The position numbers and the translations under genes are program-made. The notes below the pieces were generated by a model. That model searched no databases and was not told where the DNA came from. It was given only the letters and a program-made list of their open reading frames with translations. This document shows positions 1 to 11,568 of a stretch of 64,000 nucleotides of DNA, in pieces. Source of the stretch: the human T2T-CHM13v2.0 reference genome, Homo sapiens; NCBI RefSeq assembly GCF_009914755.1, contig NC_060933.1; one strand, 5' to 3'. Position 1 is the first letter of the stretch; the number at the start of each line of letters is the position of its first letter.

Positions 1-125
1 ATTCTCAGAAACTTGTTTGTGATGTGTGTATTCAACTAACAGAGATGAACCTTTCTTTTTACAGAGCAGTTTTGAAACACTCTTTTTGTGGAATCTGAAA
101 GTGGATATTTGGATAGCTTTGAGGA

Positions 126-142
126 TTTCGTTGGAAACGGGA
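126..142 (+). promoter_or_regulatory. CENP-B box (example; present in monomers 1 and 3 of nearly every tetramer, ~340-bp spacing)
   Basis: TTTCGTTGGAAACGGGA matches the 17-bp consensus, with all essential positions NTTCGNNNNANNCGGGN. The next copy is at 464-480. Confidence 0.97.
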
Positions 143-292
143 TTACATATAAAACCTAGAGAGAAGCATTCTCAGGAACTTCTTTGTGATGTTTGCCTTC
201 AAGTCACAGGACTGAACATTCCCTTTCATAGAGCAGGTTTGAAACACTCTTTCTGTAGTATCTGCAAGCTGACGTTTCAAGCGCTTTCAGGC

Positions 293-309
293 CTATGGTG
301 AGAAAGGAA
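293..309 (+). promoter_or_regulatory. pJalpha-type site of an A-type monomer (example)
   Basis: CTATGGTGAGAAAGGAA sits at the position equivalent to the CENP-B box and is close to the pJalpha consensus CTAYGGTGRAAAAGGAA. Confidence 0.75.
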
Positions 310-1485
310 ATATCTTCAAGTAAAAACTAGACAGAAGCATTCTCAGAAACTTATTTGAGATGTGTGTTCTCAACTAACAGAGTTGAACCTTTGTTTTGAT
401 ATGGCATTTTGGAAACACTCTTTTTGTAGAATCTGCAGGTGGATATTCGGATAGCTTTGAAGGTTTCGTTGGAAACGGGAATATCTTCATATAAAATCAA
501 GACAGAAGCATTCTCAGAAACTTCTCTGTGATGTTTGCATTCAACTCATAGAGTTGAACACTTCCCTTCATACAGCAGGTTTGAAACACTCTTTTTGTAA
601 TATTTGGAAGTGGACATTTGCAGCGCTTTGAGGCCTATGATGAAAAAGGAAATATCTTCCCATAAAAACTAGACAGAAGCATTCTCAGAAACTTGTTTGT
701 GATGTGTGTATTCAACTAACAGAGATGAACCTTTCTTTTTACAGAGCAGTTTTGAAACACTCTTTTTGTGGAATCTGAAAGTGGATATTTGGATAGCTTT
801 GCGGATTTCGTTGGAAACGGGATTACATATAAAATCTAGGGAGAAGCATTCTCAGGAACTTCTTTGTGATGTTTGCATTCAAGTCACAGAACTGAACATT
901 CCCTTTCATAGAGCAGGTTTGAAACACTCTTTCTGTAGTATCTGCAAGCGGACGTTTTAAGCGCTTTCAGGCCTGTGGTGAGAAAGGAAATATCTTCAAA
1001 TAAAAACTAGACAGAAGCATTCTCAGAAACTTATTTGCGATGTGTGTCCTCAACTAACAGAGTTGAACCTTTCTTTTGATACAACATTTTGGAAACACTC
1101 TTTTTGTAGAATCTGCAAGTGGATATTTGGATAGCTTTGAAGGTTTCGTTGGAAACGGGAATATCTTCATATGAAATCAAGACAGAAGCATTCTCAGAAA
1201 CTTCTCTGTGATGTTTGCATTCAACTCATAGAGTTGAACACTTCCCTTCATACAGCAGGTTTGAAACACTCTTTTTGTAATATTTGGAAGTGGACATTTG
1301 CAGCGCTTTGAGGCCTATGTTGAAAAAGGAAATATCTTCTCCTAAAAACCAGACAGAAGCATTCTCAGAAACTTCCTTGTGATGTGTGTACTCAAGTAAC
1401 AGAGTTGAACCTTCATTTTGACAGAGCAGTTTTGAAGCACTCTTTTTGTAGAATCTGCAAGTGGATATTTTGATACCTTTGAGGA

Positions 1486-1502
1486 TTTCGTTGGACACGG
1501 GA
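1486..1502 (+). promoter_or_regulatory. Variant CENP-B box of trimer monomer 1, essential bases intact
   Basis: TTTCGTTGGACACGGGA; the change is at non-essential position 11. Confidence 0.85.
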
Positions 1503-1655
1503 TATCTTCATATAAAATCTAGACAGAAGCATTCTCAGAAACTTCTTTGTGCTGTATGTCCTCAATTAACAGAGTTGAACCTTTGTGTGGATACAGCATT
1601 TTGGAAACATTCCTTTAGTAGAATCTGCAAGTTGATATTTAGATAGCTAGGAAGA

Positions 1656-1672
1656 TTTCCTTGGAAACGGGA
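1656..1672 (+). promoter_or_regulatory. Degenerate CENP-B box of trimer monomer 2
   Basis: TTTCCTTGGAAACGGGA; the essential TTCG is changed to TTCC in every trimer copy read. Confidence 0.85.
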
Positions 1673-1872
1673 ATATCTTCATATAAAATCTAGACGGAAG
1701 CATTCTCAGAAAGTGCTTTGTGATGTTTGCATTCAAGTCACAGAGTTGAATATTCCCTTTTATAGAGCAGGTTTGAAACACTCTTTCTGCACTACCTGGA
1801 AGTGGACATTTGGAGCGCTTTGAGGCCTATGTTGAAAAAGGAAATATCTTCCCATAAAAACTAGACAGAAGC

Positions 1873-4800
1873 ATTCTCAGAAACTTGTTTGTGATGTGTG
1901 TATTCAACTAACAGAGATGAACCTTTCTTTTTACAGAGCAGTTTTGAAACACTCTTTTTGTGGAATCTGAAAGTGGATATTTGGATAGCTTTGAGGATTT
2001 CGTTGGAAACGGGATTACATATAAAACCTAGAGAGAAGCATTCTCAGGAACTTCTTTTTGATGTTTGCCTTCAAGTCACAGGACTGAACATTCCCTTTCA
2101 TAGAGCAGGTTTGAAACACTCTTTCTGTAGTATCTGCAAGCTGACGTTTCAAGCGCTTTCAGGCCTATGGTGAGAAAGGAAATATCTTCAAGTAAAAACT
2201 AGACAGAAGCATTCTCAGAAACATATTTGCCATGTGTGTTCTCAACTAACAGAGTTGAACCTTTGTTTTGATACGGCATTTTGGAAACACTCTTTTTGTA
2301 GTATCTGCAGGTGGATATTCGGATAGCTTTGAAGGTTTCGTTGGAAACGGGAATATCTTCATATAAAATCTAGACGGAAGCATTCTCAGAAACTGCTTTG
2401 TGATGTTTTCATTCAAGTCACAGAGTAGAATGTTCCCTGTTATATACCAGGTTTGAGACACTCTTTCTGCACTACCTGGAAGTGGACGTTTGGAGCGCTT
2501 TGAGGCCTATGTTGAAAAAGGAAATATCTTCCCATAAAAACTAGACAGAAGCATTCTCAGAAACTTGTTTGTGATGTGTGTATTCAACTAACAGAGATGA
2601 ACCTTTCTTTTTACAGAGCAGTTTTGAAACACTCTTTTTGTGGAATCTGAAAGTGGATATTTGGATAGCTTTGAGGATTTCGTTGGAAACGGGATTACAT
2701 ATAAAACCTAGAGAGAAGCATTCTCAGGAACTTCTTTGTGATGTTTGCATTCAAGTCACAGAACTGAACATTCCCTTTCATAGAGCAGGTTTGAAACACT
2801 CTTTCTGTAGTATCTGCAAGCTGACGTTTCAAGCGCTTTCAGGCCTATGGTGAGAAAGGAAATATCTTCAAGTAAAAACTAGACAGAAGCATTCTCAGAA
2901 ACTTATTTGCGATGTGTGTTCTCAACTAACAGAGTTGAACCTTTGTTTTGATATGACATTTTGGAAACACTCTTTTTGTAGAATCTGCAGGTGGATATTC
3001 GGATAGCTTTGAAAGTTTCGTTGGAAACGGGAATATCTTCATATAAAATCTAGACGGAAGCATTCTCAGAAACTGCTTTGTGATGTTTTCATTCAAGTCA
3101 CACAGTAGAATGTTCCCTGTTATATACCAGGTTTGAGACACTCTTTCTGCACTACCTGGAAGTGGACATTTGCAGCGCTTTGAGGCCTATGATGAAAAAG
3201 GAAATATCTTCCCATAAAAACTAGACAGAAGCATTCTCAGAAACTTGTTTTTGATGTGTGTATTCAACTAACAGAGATGAACCTTTCTTTTTACAGAGCA
3301 GTTTTGAAACACTCTTTTTGTGGAATCTGAAAGTGGATATTTGGATAGCTTTGAGGATTTCGTTGGAAACGGGATTAAATATAAAATCTAGAGAGAAGCA
3401 TTCTCAGGAACTTCTTTGTGATGTTTGCATTCACGTCACAGAACTGAACATTCCCTTTCATAGAGCAGGTTTGAAACACTCTTTCTGTAGTATCTGCAAA
3501 CGGACATTTCAAACGCTTTCAGGCCTATGGTGAGAAAGGAAATATCTTCAAATAAAAACTAGACAGAAGCATTCTCAGAAACTTATTTGCGATGTGTGTC
3601 CTCAACTAACAGAGTTGAACCTTTCTTTTGATACAACATTTTGGAAACACTCTTTTTGTAGAATCTGCAAGTGGATATTTGAATAGCTTTGAAGGTTTCG
3701 TTGGAAACGGGAATATCTTCATATAAAATCAAGACAGAAGCATTCTCAGAAACTTCTCTGTGATGTTTGCATTCAACTCATAGAGTTGAACACTTCCCTT
3801 CATACAGCAGGTTTGAAACACTCTTTTTGTAATATTTGGAAGTGGACATTTGCAGCGCTTTGAGGCCTATGATGAAAAAGGTAATATCTTCCCATAAAAA
3901 CTAGACAGAAGCATTCTCAGAAACTTGTTTGTGATGTGTGTATTCAACTAACAGAGATGAACCTTTCTTTTTACAGAGCAGTTTTAAAACACTCTTTTTG
4001 TGGAATCTGAAAGTGGATATTTGGATAGCTTTGCGGATTTCGTTGGAAACGGGATTACATATAAAACCTAGAGAGAAGCATTCTCAGGAACTTCTTTGCG
4101 ATGTTTGCATTCAAGTCACAGAACTGAACATTCCCTTTCATAGAGCAGGTTTGAAACACTCTTTCTGTAGTATCTGCAAGCTGACGTTTCAAGCGCTTTC
4201 AGGCCTATGGTGAGAAAGGAAATTTCTTCAAGTAAAAACTAGACAGAAGCATTCTCAGAAACTTATTTGCGATGTGTGTTCTCAACTAACAGAGTTGAAC
4301 CTTTGTTTTGATATGGCATTTTGGAAACACTCTTTTTGTAGAATCTGCAGGTGGATATTCGGATAGCTTTGAAGGTTTCGTTGGAAACGGGAATATCTTC
4401 ATATAAAATCTAGACGGAAGCATTCTCAGAAACTGCTTTGTGATGTTTTCATTCAAGTCACAGAGTAGAATGTTCCCTGTTATATACCAGGTTTGAGACA
4501 CTCTTTCTGCACTACATGGAAGTGGACGTTTGGAGCGCTTTGAGGCCTATGTTGAAAAAGGAAATATCTTCCCATAAAAACTAGACAGAAGCATTCTCAG
4601 AAACTTGTTTGTGATGTGTGTATTCAACTAACAGAGATGAACCTTTCTTTTTACAGAGCAGTTTTGAAACACTCTTTTTGTGGAATCTGAAAGTGGATAT
4701 TTGGATAGCTTTGAGGATTTCGTTGGAAACGGGATTACATATAAAATCTAGAGAGAAGCATTCTCAGGAACTTCTTTGTGATGTTTGCATTCACGTCACA

Positions 4801-6464
4801 GAACTGAACATTCCCTTTCATAGAGCATGTTTGAAACACTCTTTCTGTAGTATCTGCAAACGGACATTTCAAACGCTTTCAGGCCTATGGTGAGAAAGGA
4901 AATATCTTCAAATAAAAACTAGACAGAAGCATTCTCAGAAACTTATTTGCGATGTGTGTCCTCAACTATCAGAGTTGAACCTTTCTTTTGATACAACATT
5001 TTGGAAACACTCTTTTTGTAGAATCTGCAAGTGGATATTTGAATAGCTTTGAAGGTTTCGTTGGAAACGGGAATATCTTCATATAAAATCAAGACAGAAG
5101 CATTCTCAGAAACTTCTCTGTGATGTTTGCATTCAACTCATAGAGTTGAACACTTCCCTTCATACAGCAGGTTTGAAACACTCTTTTTGTAATATTTGGA
5201 AGTGGACATTTGCAGCGCTTTGAGGCCTATGATGAAAAAGGAAATATCTTCCCATAAAAACTAGACAGAAGCATTCTCAGAAACTTGTTTGTGATGTGTG
5301 TATTCAACTAACAGAGATGAACCTTTCTTTTTACAGAGCAGTTTTGAAACACTCTTTTTGTGGAATCTGAAAGTGGATATTTGGATAGCTTTGCGGATTT
5401 CGTTGGAAACGGGATTACATATAAAATCTAGGGAGAAGCATTCTCAGGAACTTCTTTGTGATGTTTGCATTCAAGTCACAGAACTGAACATTCCCTTTCA
5501 TAGAGCAGGTTTGAAACACTCTTTCTGTAGTATCTGCAAGCGGACGTTTTAAGCGCTTTCAGGCCTGTGGTGAGAAAGGAAATATCTTCAAATAAAAACT
5601 AGACAGAAGCATTCTCAGAAACTTATTTGCGATGTGTGTCCTCAACTAACAGAGTTGAACCTTTCTTTTGATACAACATTTTGGAAACACTCTTTTTGTA
5701 GAATCTGCAAGTGGATATTTGGATAGCTTTGAAGGTTTCGTTGGAAACGGGAATATCTTCATATGAAATCAAGACAGAAGCATTCTCAGAAACTTCTCTG
5801 TGATGTTTGCATTCAACTCATAGAGTTGAACACTTCCCTTCATACAGCAGGTTTGAAACACTCTTTTTGTAATATTTGGAAGTGGACATTTGCAGCGCTT
5901 TGAGGCCTATGTTGAAAAAGGAAATATCTTCTCCTAAAAACCAGACAGAAGCATTCTCAGAAACTTCCTTGTGATGTGTGTACTCAAGTAACAGAGTTGA
6001 ACCTTCCTTTTGACAGAGCAGTTTTGAAGCACTCTTTTTGTAGAATCTGCAAGTGGATATTTTGATACCTTTGAGGATTTCGTTGGACACGGGATATCTT
6101 CATATAAAATCTAGACAGAAGCATTCTCAGAAACTTCTTTGTGCTGTATGTCCTCAATTAACAGAGTTGAACCTTTGTGTGGATACAGCATTTTGGAAAC
6201 ATTCCTTTAGTAGAATCTGCAAGTTGATATTTAGATAGCTAGGAAGATTTCCTTGGAAACGGGAATATCTTCATATAAAATCTAGACGGAAGCATTCTCA
6301 GAAAGTGCTTTGTGATGTTTGCATTCAAGTCACAGAGTTGAATATTCCCTTTTATAGAGCAGGTTTGAAACACTCTTTCTGCACTACCTGGAAGTGGACA
6401 TTTGGAGCGCTTTGAGGCCTATGTTGAAAAAGGAAATATCTTCCCATAAAAACTAGACAGAAGC
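1873..6464 (+). repeat. 27-mer HOR (L,I,H,I',H,T,trimer), 4592 bp
   Basis: 6x680+512. Confidence 0.9.
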
Positions 6465-9016
6465 ATTCTCAGAAACTTGTTTGTGATGTGTGTATTCAAC
6501 TAACAGAGATGAACCTTTCTTTTTACAGAGCAGTTTTGAAACACTCTTTTTGTGGAATCTGAAAGTGGATATTTGGATAGCTTTGAGGATTTCGTTGGAA
6601 ACGGGATTACATATAAAACCTAGAGAGAAGCATTCTCAGGAACTTCTTTTTGATGTTTGCCTTCAAGTCACAGGACTGAACATTCCCTTTCATAGAGCAG
6701 GTTTGAAACACTCTTTCTGTAGTATCTGCAAGCTGACGTTTCAAGCGCTTTCAGGCCTATGGTGAGAAAGGAAATATCTTCAAGTAAAAACTAGACAGAA
6801 GCATTCTCAGAAACATATTTGCCATGTGTGTTCTCAACTAACAGAGTTGAACCTTTGTTTTGATATGGCATTTTGGAAACACTCTTTTTGTAGAATCTGC
6901 AGGTGGATATTCGGATAGCTTTGAAGGTTTCGTTGGAAACGGGAATATCTTCATATAAAATCTAGACGGAAGCATTCTCAGAAACTGCTTTGTGATGTTT
7001 TCATTCAAGTCACAGAGTAGAATGTTCCCTGTTATATACCAGGTTTGAGACACTCTTTCTGCACTACATGGAAGTGGACGTTTGGAGCGCTTTGAGGCCT
7101 ATGTTGAAAAAGGAAATATCTTCCCATAAAAACTAGACAGAAGCATTCTCAGAAACTTGTTTGTGATGTGTGTATTCAACTAACAGAGATGAACCTTTCT
7201 TTTTACAGAGCAGTTTTGAAACACTCTTTTTGTGGAATCTGAAAGTGGATATTTGGATAGCTTTGAGGATTTCGTTGGAAACGGGATTACATATAAAATC
7301 TAGAGAGAAGCATTCTCAGGAACTTCTTTGTGATGTTTGCATTCACGTCACAGAACTGAACATTCCCTTTCATAGAGCATGTTTGAAACACTCTTTCTGT
7401 AGTATCTGCAAACGGACATTTCAAACGCTTTCAGGCCTATGGTGAGAAAGGAAATATCTTCAAATAAAAACTAGACAGAAGCATTCTCAGAAACTTATTT
7501 GCGATGTGTGTCCTCAACTATCAGAGTTGAACCTTTCTTTTGATACAACATTTTGGAAACACTCTTTTTGTAGAATCTGCAAGTGGATATTTGAATAGCT
7601 TTGAAGGTTTCGTTGGAAACGGGAATATCTTCATATAAAATCAAGACAGAAGCATTCTCAGAAACTTCTCTGTGATGTTTGCATTCAACTCATAGAGTTG
7701 AACACTTCCCTTCATACAGCAGGTTTGAAACACTCTTTTTGTAATATTTGGAAGTGGACATTTGCAGCGCTTTGAGGCCTATGATGAAAAAGGAAATATC
7801 TTCCCATAAAAACTAGACAGAAGCATTCTCAGAAACTTGTTTGTGATGTGTGTATTCAACTAACAGAGATGAACCTTTCTTTTTACAGAGCAGTTTTGAA
7901 ACACTCTTTTTGTGGAATCTGAAAGTGGATATTTGGATAGCTTTGCGGATTTCGTTGGAAACGGGATTACATATAAAATCTAGGGAGAAGCATTCTCAGG
8001 AACTTCTTTGTGATGTTTGCATTCAAGTCACAGAACTGAACATTCCCTTTCATAGAGCAGGTTTGAAACACTCTTTCTGTAGTATCTGCAAGCGGACGTT
8101 TTAAGCGCTTTCAGGCCTGTGGTGAGAAAGGAAATATCTTCAAATAAAAACTAGACAGAAGCATTCTCAGAAACTTATTTGCGATGTGTGTCCTCAACTA
8201 ACAGAGGTGAACCTTTCTTTTGTTACAACATTTTGGAAACACTCTTTTTGTAGAATCTGCAAGTGGATATTTGGATAGCTTTGAAGGTTTCGTTGGAAAC
8301 GGGAATATCTTCATATGAAATCAAGACAGAAGCATTCTCAGAAACTTCTCTGTGATGTTTGCATTCAACTCATAGAGTTGAACACTTCCCTTCATACAGC
8401 AGGTTTGAAACACTCTTTTTGTAATATTTGGAAGTGGACATTTGCAGCGCTTTGAGGCCTATGTTGAAAAAGGAAATATCTTCTCCTAAAAACCAGACAG
8501 AAGCATTCTCAGAAACTTCCTTGTGATGTGTGTACTCAAGTAACAGAGTTGAACCTTCCTTTTGACAGAGCAGTTTTGAAGCACTCTTTTTGTAGAATCT
8601 GCAAGTGGATATTTTGATACCTTTGAGGATTTCGTTGGACACGGGATATCTTCATATAAAATCTAGACAGAAGCATTCTCAGAAACTTCTTTGTGCTGTA
8701 TGTCCTCAATTAACAGAGTTGAACCTTTGTGTGGATACAGCATTTTGGAAACATTCCTTTAGTAGAATCTGCAAGTTGATATTTAGATAGCTAGGAAGAT
8801 TTCCTTGGAAACGGGAATATCTTCATATAAAATCTAGACGGAAGCATTCTCAGAAAGTGCTTTGTGATGTTTGCATTCAAGTCACAGAGTTGAATATTCC
8901 CTTTTATAGAGCAGGTTTGAAACACTCTTTCTGCACTACCTGGAAGTGGACATTTGGAGCGCTTTGAGGCCTATGTTGAAAAAGGAAATATCTTCCCATA
9001 AAAACTAGACAGAAGC
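6465..9016 (+). repeat. 15-mer HOR, 2552 bp
   Basis: 3x680+512. Confidence 0.9.
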
Positions 9017-11568
9017 ATTCTCAGAAACTTGTTTGTGATGTGTGTATTCAACTAACAGAGATGAACCTTTCTTTTTACAGAGCAGTTTTGAAACACTCTT
9101 TTTGTGGAATCTGAAAGTGGATATTTGGATAGCTTTGAGGATTTCGTTGGAAACGGGATTACATATAAAACCTAGAGAGAAGCATTCTCAGGAACTTCTT
9201 TTTGATGTTTGCCTTCAAGTCACAGGACTGAACATTCCCTTTCATAGAGCAGGTTTGAAACACTCTTTCTGTAGTATCTGCAAGCTGACGTTTCAAGCGC
9301 TTTCAGGCCTATGGTGAGAAAGGAAATATCTTCAAGTAAAAACTAGACAGAAGCATTCTCAGAAACATATTTGCCATGTGTGTTCTCAACTAACAGAGTT
9401 GAACCTTTGTTTTGATATGGCATTTTGGAAACACTCTTTTTGTAGAATCTGCAGGTGGATATTCGGATAGCTTTGAAGGTTTCGTTGGAAACGGGAATAT
9501 CTTCATATAAAATCTAGACGGAAGCATTCTCAGAAACTGCTTTGTGATGTTTTCATTCAAGTCACAGAGTAGAATGTTCCCTGTTATATACCAGGTTTGA
9601 GACACTCTTTCTGCACTACATGGAAGTGGACGTTTGGAGCGCTTTGAGGCCTATGTTGAAAAAGGAAATATCTTCCCATAAAAACTAGACAGAAGCATTC
9701 TCAGAAACTTGTTTGTGATGTGTGTATTCAACTAACAGAGATGAACCTTTCTTTTTACAGAGCAGTTTTGAAACACTCTTTTTGTGGAATCTGAAAGTGG
9801 ATATTTGGATAGCTTTGAGGATTTCGTTGGAAACGGGATTACATATAAAATCTAGAGAGAAGCATTCTCAGGAACTTCTTTGTGATGTTTGCATTCACGT
9901 CACAGAACTGAACATTCCCTTTCATAGAGCATGTTTGAAACACTCTTTCTGTAGTATCTGCAAACGGACATTTCAAACGCTTTCAGGCCTATGGTGAGAA
10001 AGGAAATATCTTCAAATAAAAACTAGACAGAAGCATTCTCAGAAACTTATTTGCGATGTGTGTCCTCAACTATCAGAGTTGAACCTTTCTTTTGATACAA
10101 CATTTTGGAAACACTCTTTTTGTAGAATCTGCAAGTGGATATTTGAATAGCTTTGAAGGTTTCGTTGGAAACGGGAATATCTTCATATAAAATCAAGACA
10201 GAAGCATTCTCAGAAACTTCTCTGTGATGTTTGCATTCAACTCATAGAGTTGAACACTTCCCTTCATACAGCAGGCTTGAAACACTCTTTTTGTAATATT
10301 TGGAAGTGGACATTTGCAGCGCTTTGAGGCCTATGATGAAAAAGGAAATATCTTCCCATAAAAACTAGACAGAAGCATTCTCAGAAACTTGTTTGTGATG
10401 TGTGTATTCAACTAACAGAGATGAACCTTTCTTTTTACAGAGCAGTTTTGAAACACTCTTTTTGTGGAATCTGAAAGTGGATATTTGGATAGCTTTGCGG
10501 ATTTCGTTGGAAACGGGATTACATATAAAATCTAGGGAGAAGCATTCTCAGGAACTTCTTTGTGATGTTTGCATTCAAGTCACAGAACTGAACATTCCCT
10601 TTCATAGAGCAGGTTTGAAACACTCTTTCTGTAGTATCTGCAAGCGGACGTTTTAAGCGCTTTCAGGCCTGTGGTGAGAAAGGAAATATCTTCAAATAAA
10701 AACTAGACAGAAGCATTCTCAGAAACTTATTTGCGATGTGTGTCCTCAACTAACAGAGGTGAACCTTTCTTTTGATACAACATTTTGGAAACACTCTTTT
10801 TGTAGAATCTGCAAGTGGATATTTGGATAGCTTTGAAGGTTTCGTTGGAAACGGGAATATCTTCATATGAAATCAAGACAGAAGCATTCTCAGAAACTTT
10901 TCTGTGATGTTTGCATTCAACTCATAGAGTTGAACACTTCCCTTCATACAGCAGGTTTGAAACACTCTTTTTGTAATATTTGGAAGTGGACATTTGCAGC
11001 GCTTTGAGGCCTATGTTGAAAAAGGAAATATCTTCTCCTAAAAACCAGACAGAAGCATTCTCAGAAACTTCCTTGTGATGTGTGTACTCAAGTAACAGTG
11101 TTGAACCTTCCTTTTGACAGAGCAGTTTTGAAGCACTCTTTTTGTAGAATCTGCAAGTGGATATTTTGATACCTTTGAGGATTTCGTTGGACACGGGATA
11201 TCTTCATATAAAATCTAGACAGAAGCATTCTCAGAAACTTCTTTGTGCTGTATGTCCTCAATTAACAGAGTTGAACCTTTGTGTGGATACAGCATTTTGG
11301 AAACATTCCTTTAGTAGAATCTGCAAGTTGATATTTAGATAGCTAGGAAGATTTCCTTGGAAACGGGAATATCTTCATATAAAATCTAGACGGAAGCATT
11401 CTCAGAAAGTGCTTTGTGATGTTTGCATTCAAGTCACAGAGTTGAATATTCCCTTTTATAGAGCAGGTTTGAAACACTCTTTCTGCACTACCTGGAAGTG
11501 GACATTTGGAGCGCTTTGAGGCCTATGTTGAAAAAGGAAATATCTTCCCATAAAAACTAGACAGAAGC
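9017..11568 (+). repeat. 15-mer HOR, 2552 bp, tandem sister of the previous unit
   Basis: 3x680+512; shares a rare SNP at 8207/10759. Confidence 0.9.

Larger units (their letters stand above)
1..680 (+). repeat. Example 680-bp tetramer subunit (167+171+171+171 bp)
   Basis: Monomer starts at 1, 168, 339, 510, next 681. Monomer 1 is 4 bp short after its CENP-B box (GGGATTACATAT vs GGGAATATCTTCATAT). The ORF track repeats at a 680-bp step. Confidence 0.95.
1..1872 (+). repeat. 11-mer HOR (L/H hybrid, T, trimer), 1872 bp
   Basis: Two tetramers plus a trimer; ORF starts at 26, 706, next 1898. The left edge is assumed from the L-type start. Confidence 0.88.
1361..1872 (+). repeat. Example 512-bp trimer that closes each HOR (170+171+171 bp)
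   Basis: Distinct monomers begin CTTCCTTGTG, CTTCTTTGTGCTGTATG and AAGTGCTTTGTG. It occurs once per HOR and is marked by the 61-aa pseudo-ORF. Confidence 0.93.

Noticed and set aside
146-154. TATA-like CATATAAAA
   Set aside because: It is part of the ordinary monomer consensus, and promoter activity cannot be supported from sequence alone.
1-1872. Assignment to 11-mer arrays of chr8, 13/21 or 15, or the 680-bp chr2 array
   Set aside because: The 11-mers here are hybrid derivatives of longer units with several tetramer subtypes. These alternatives are disfavoured but not excluded without an HMM or BLAST search.
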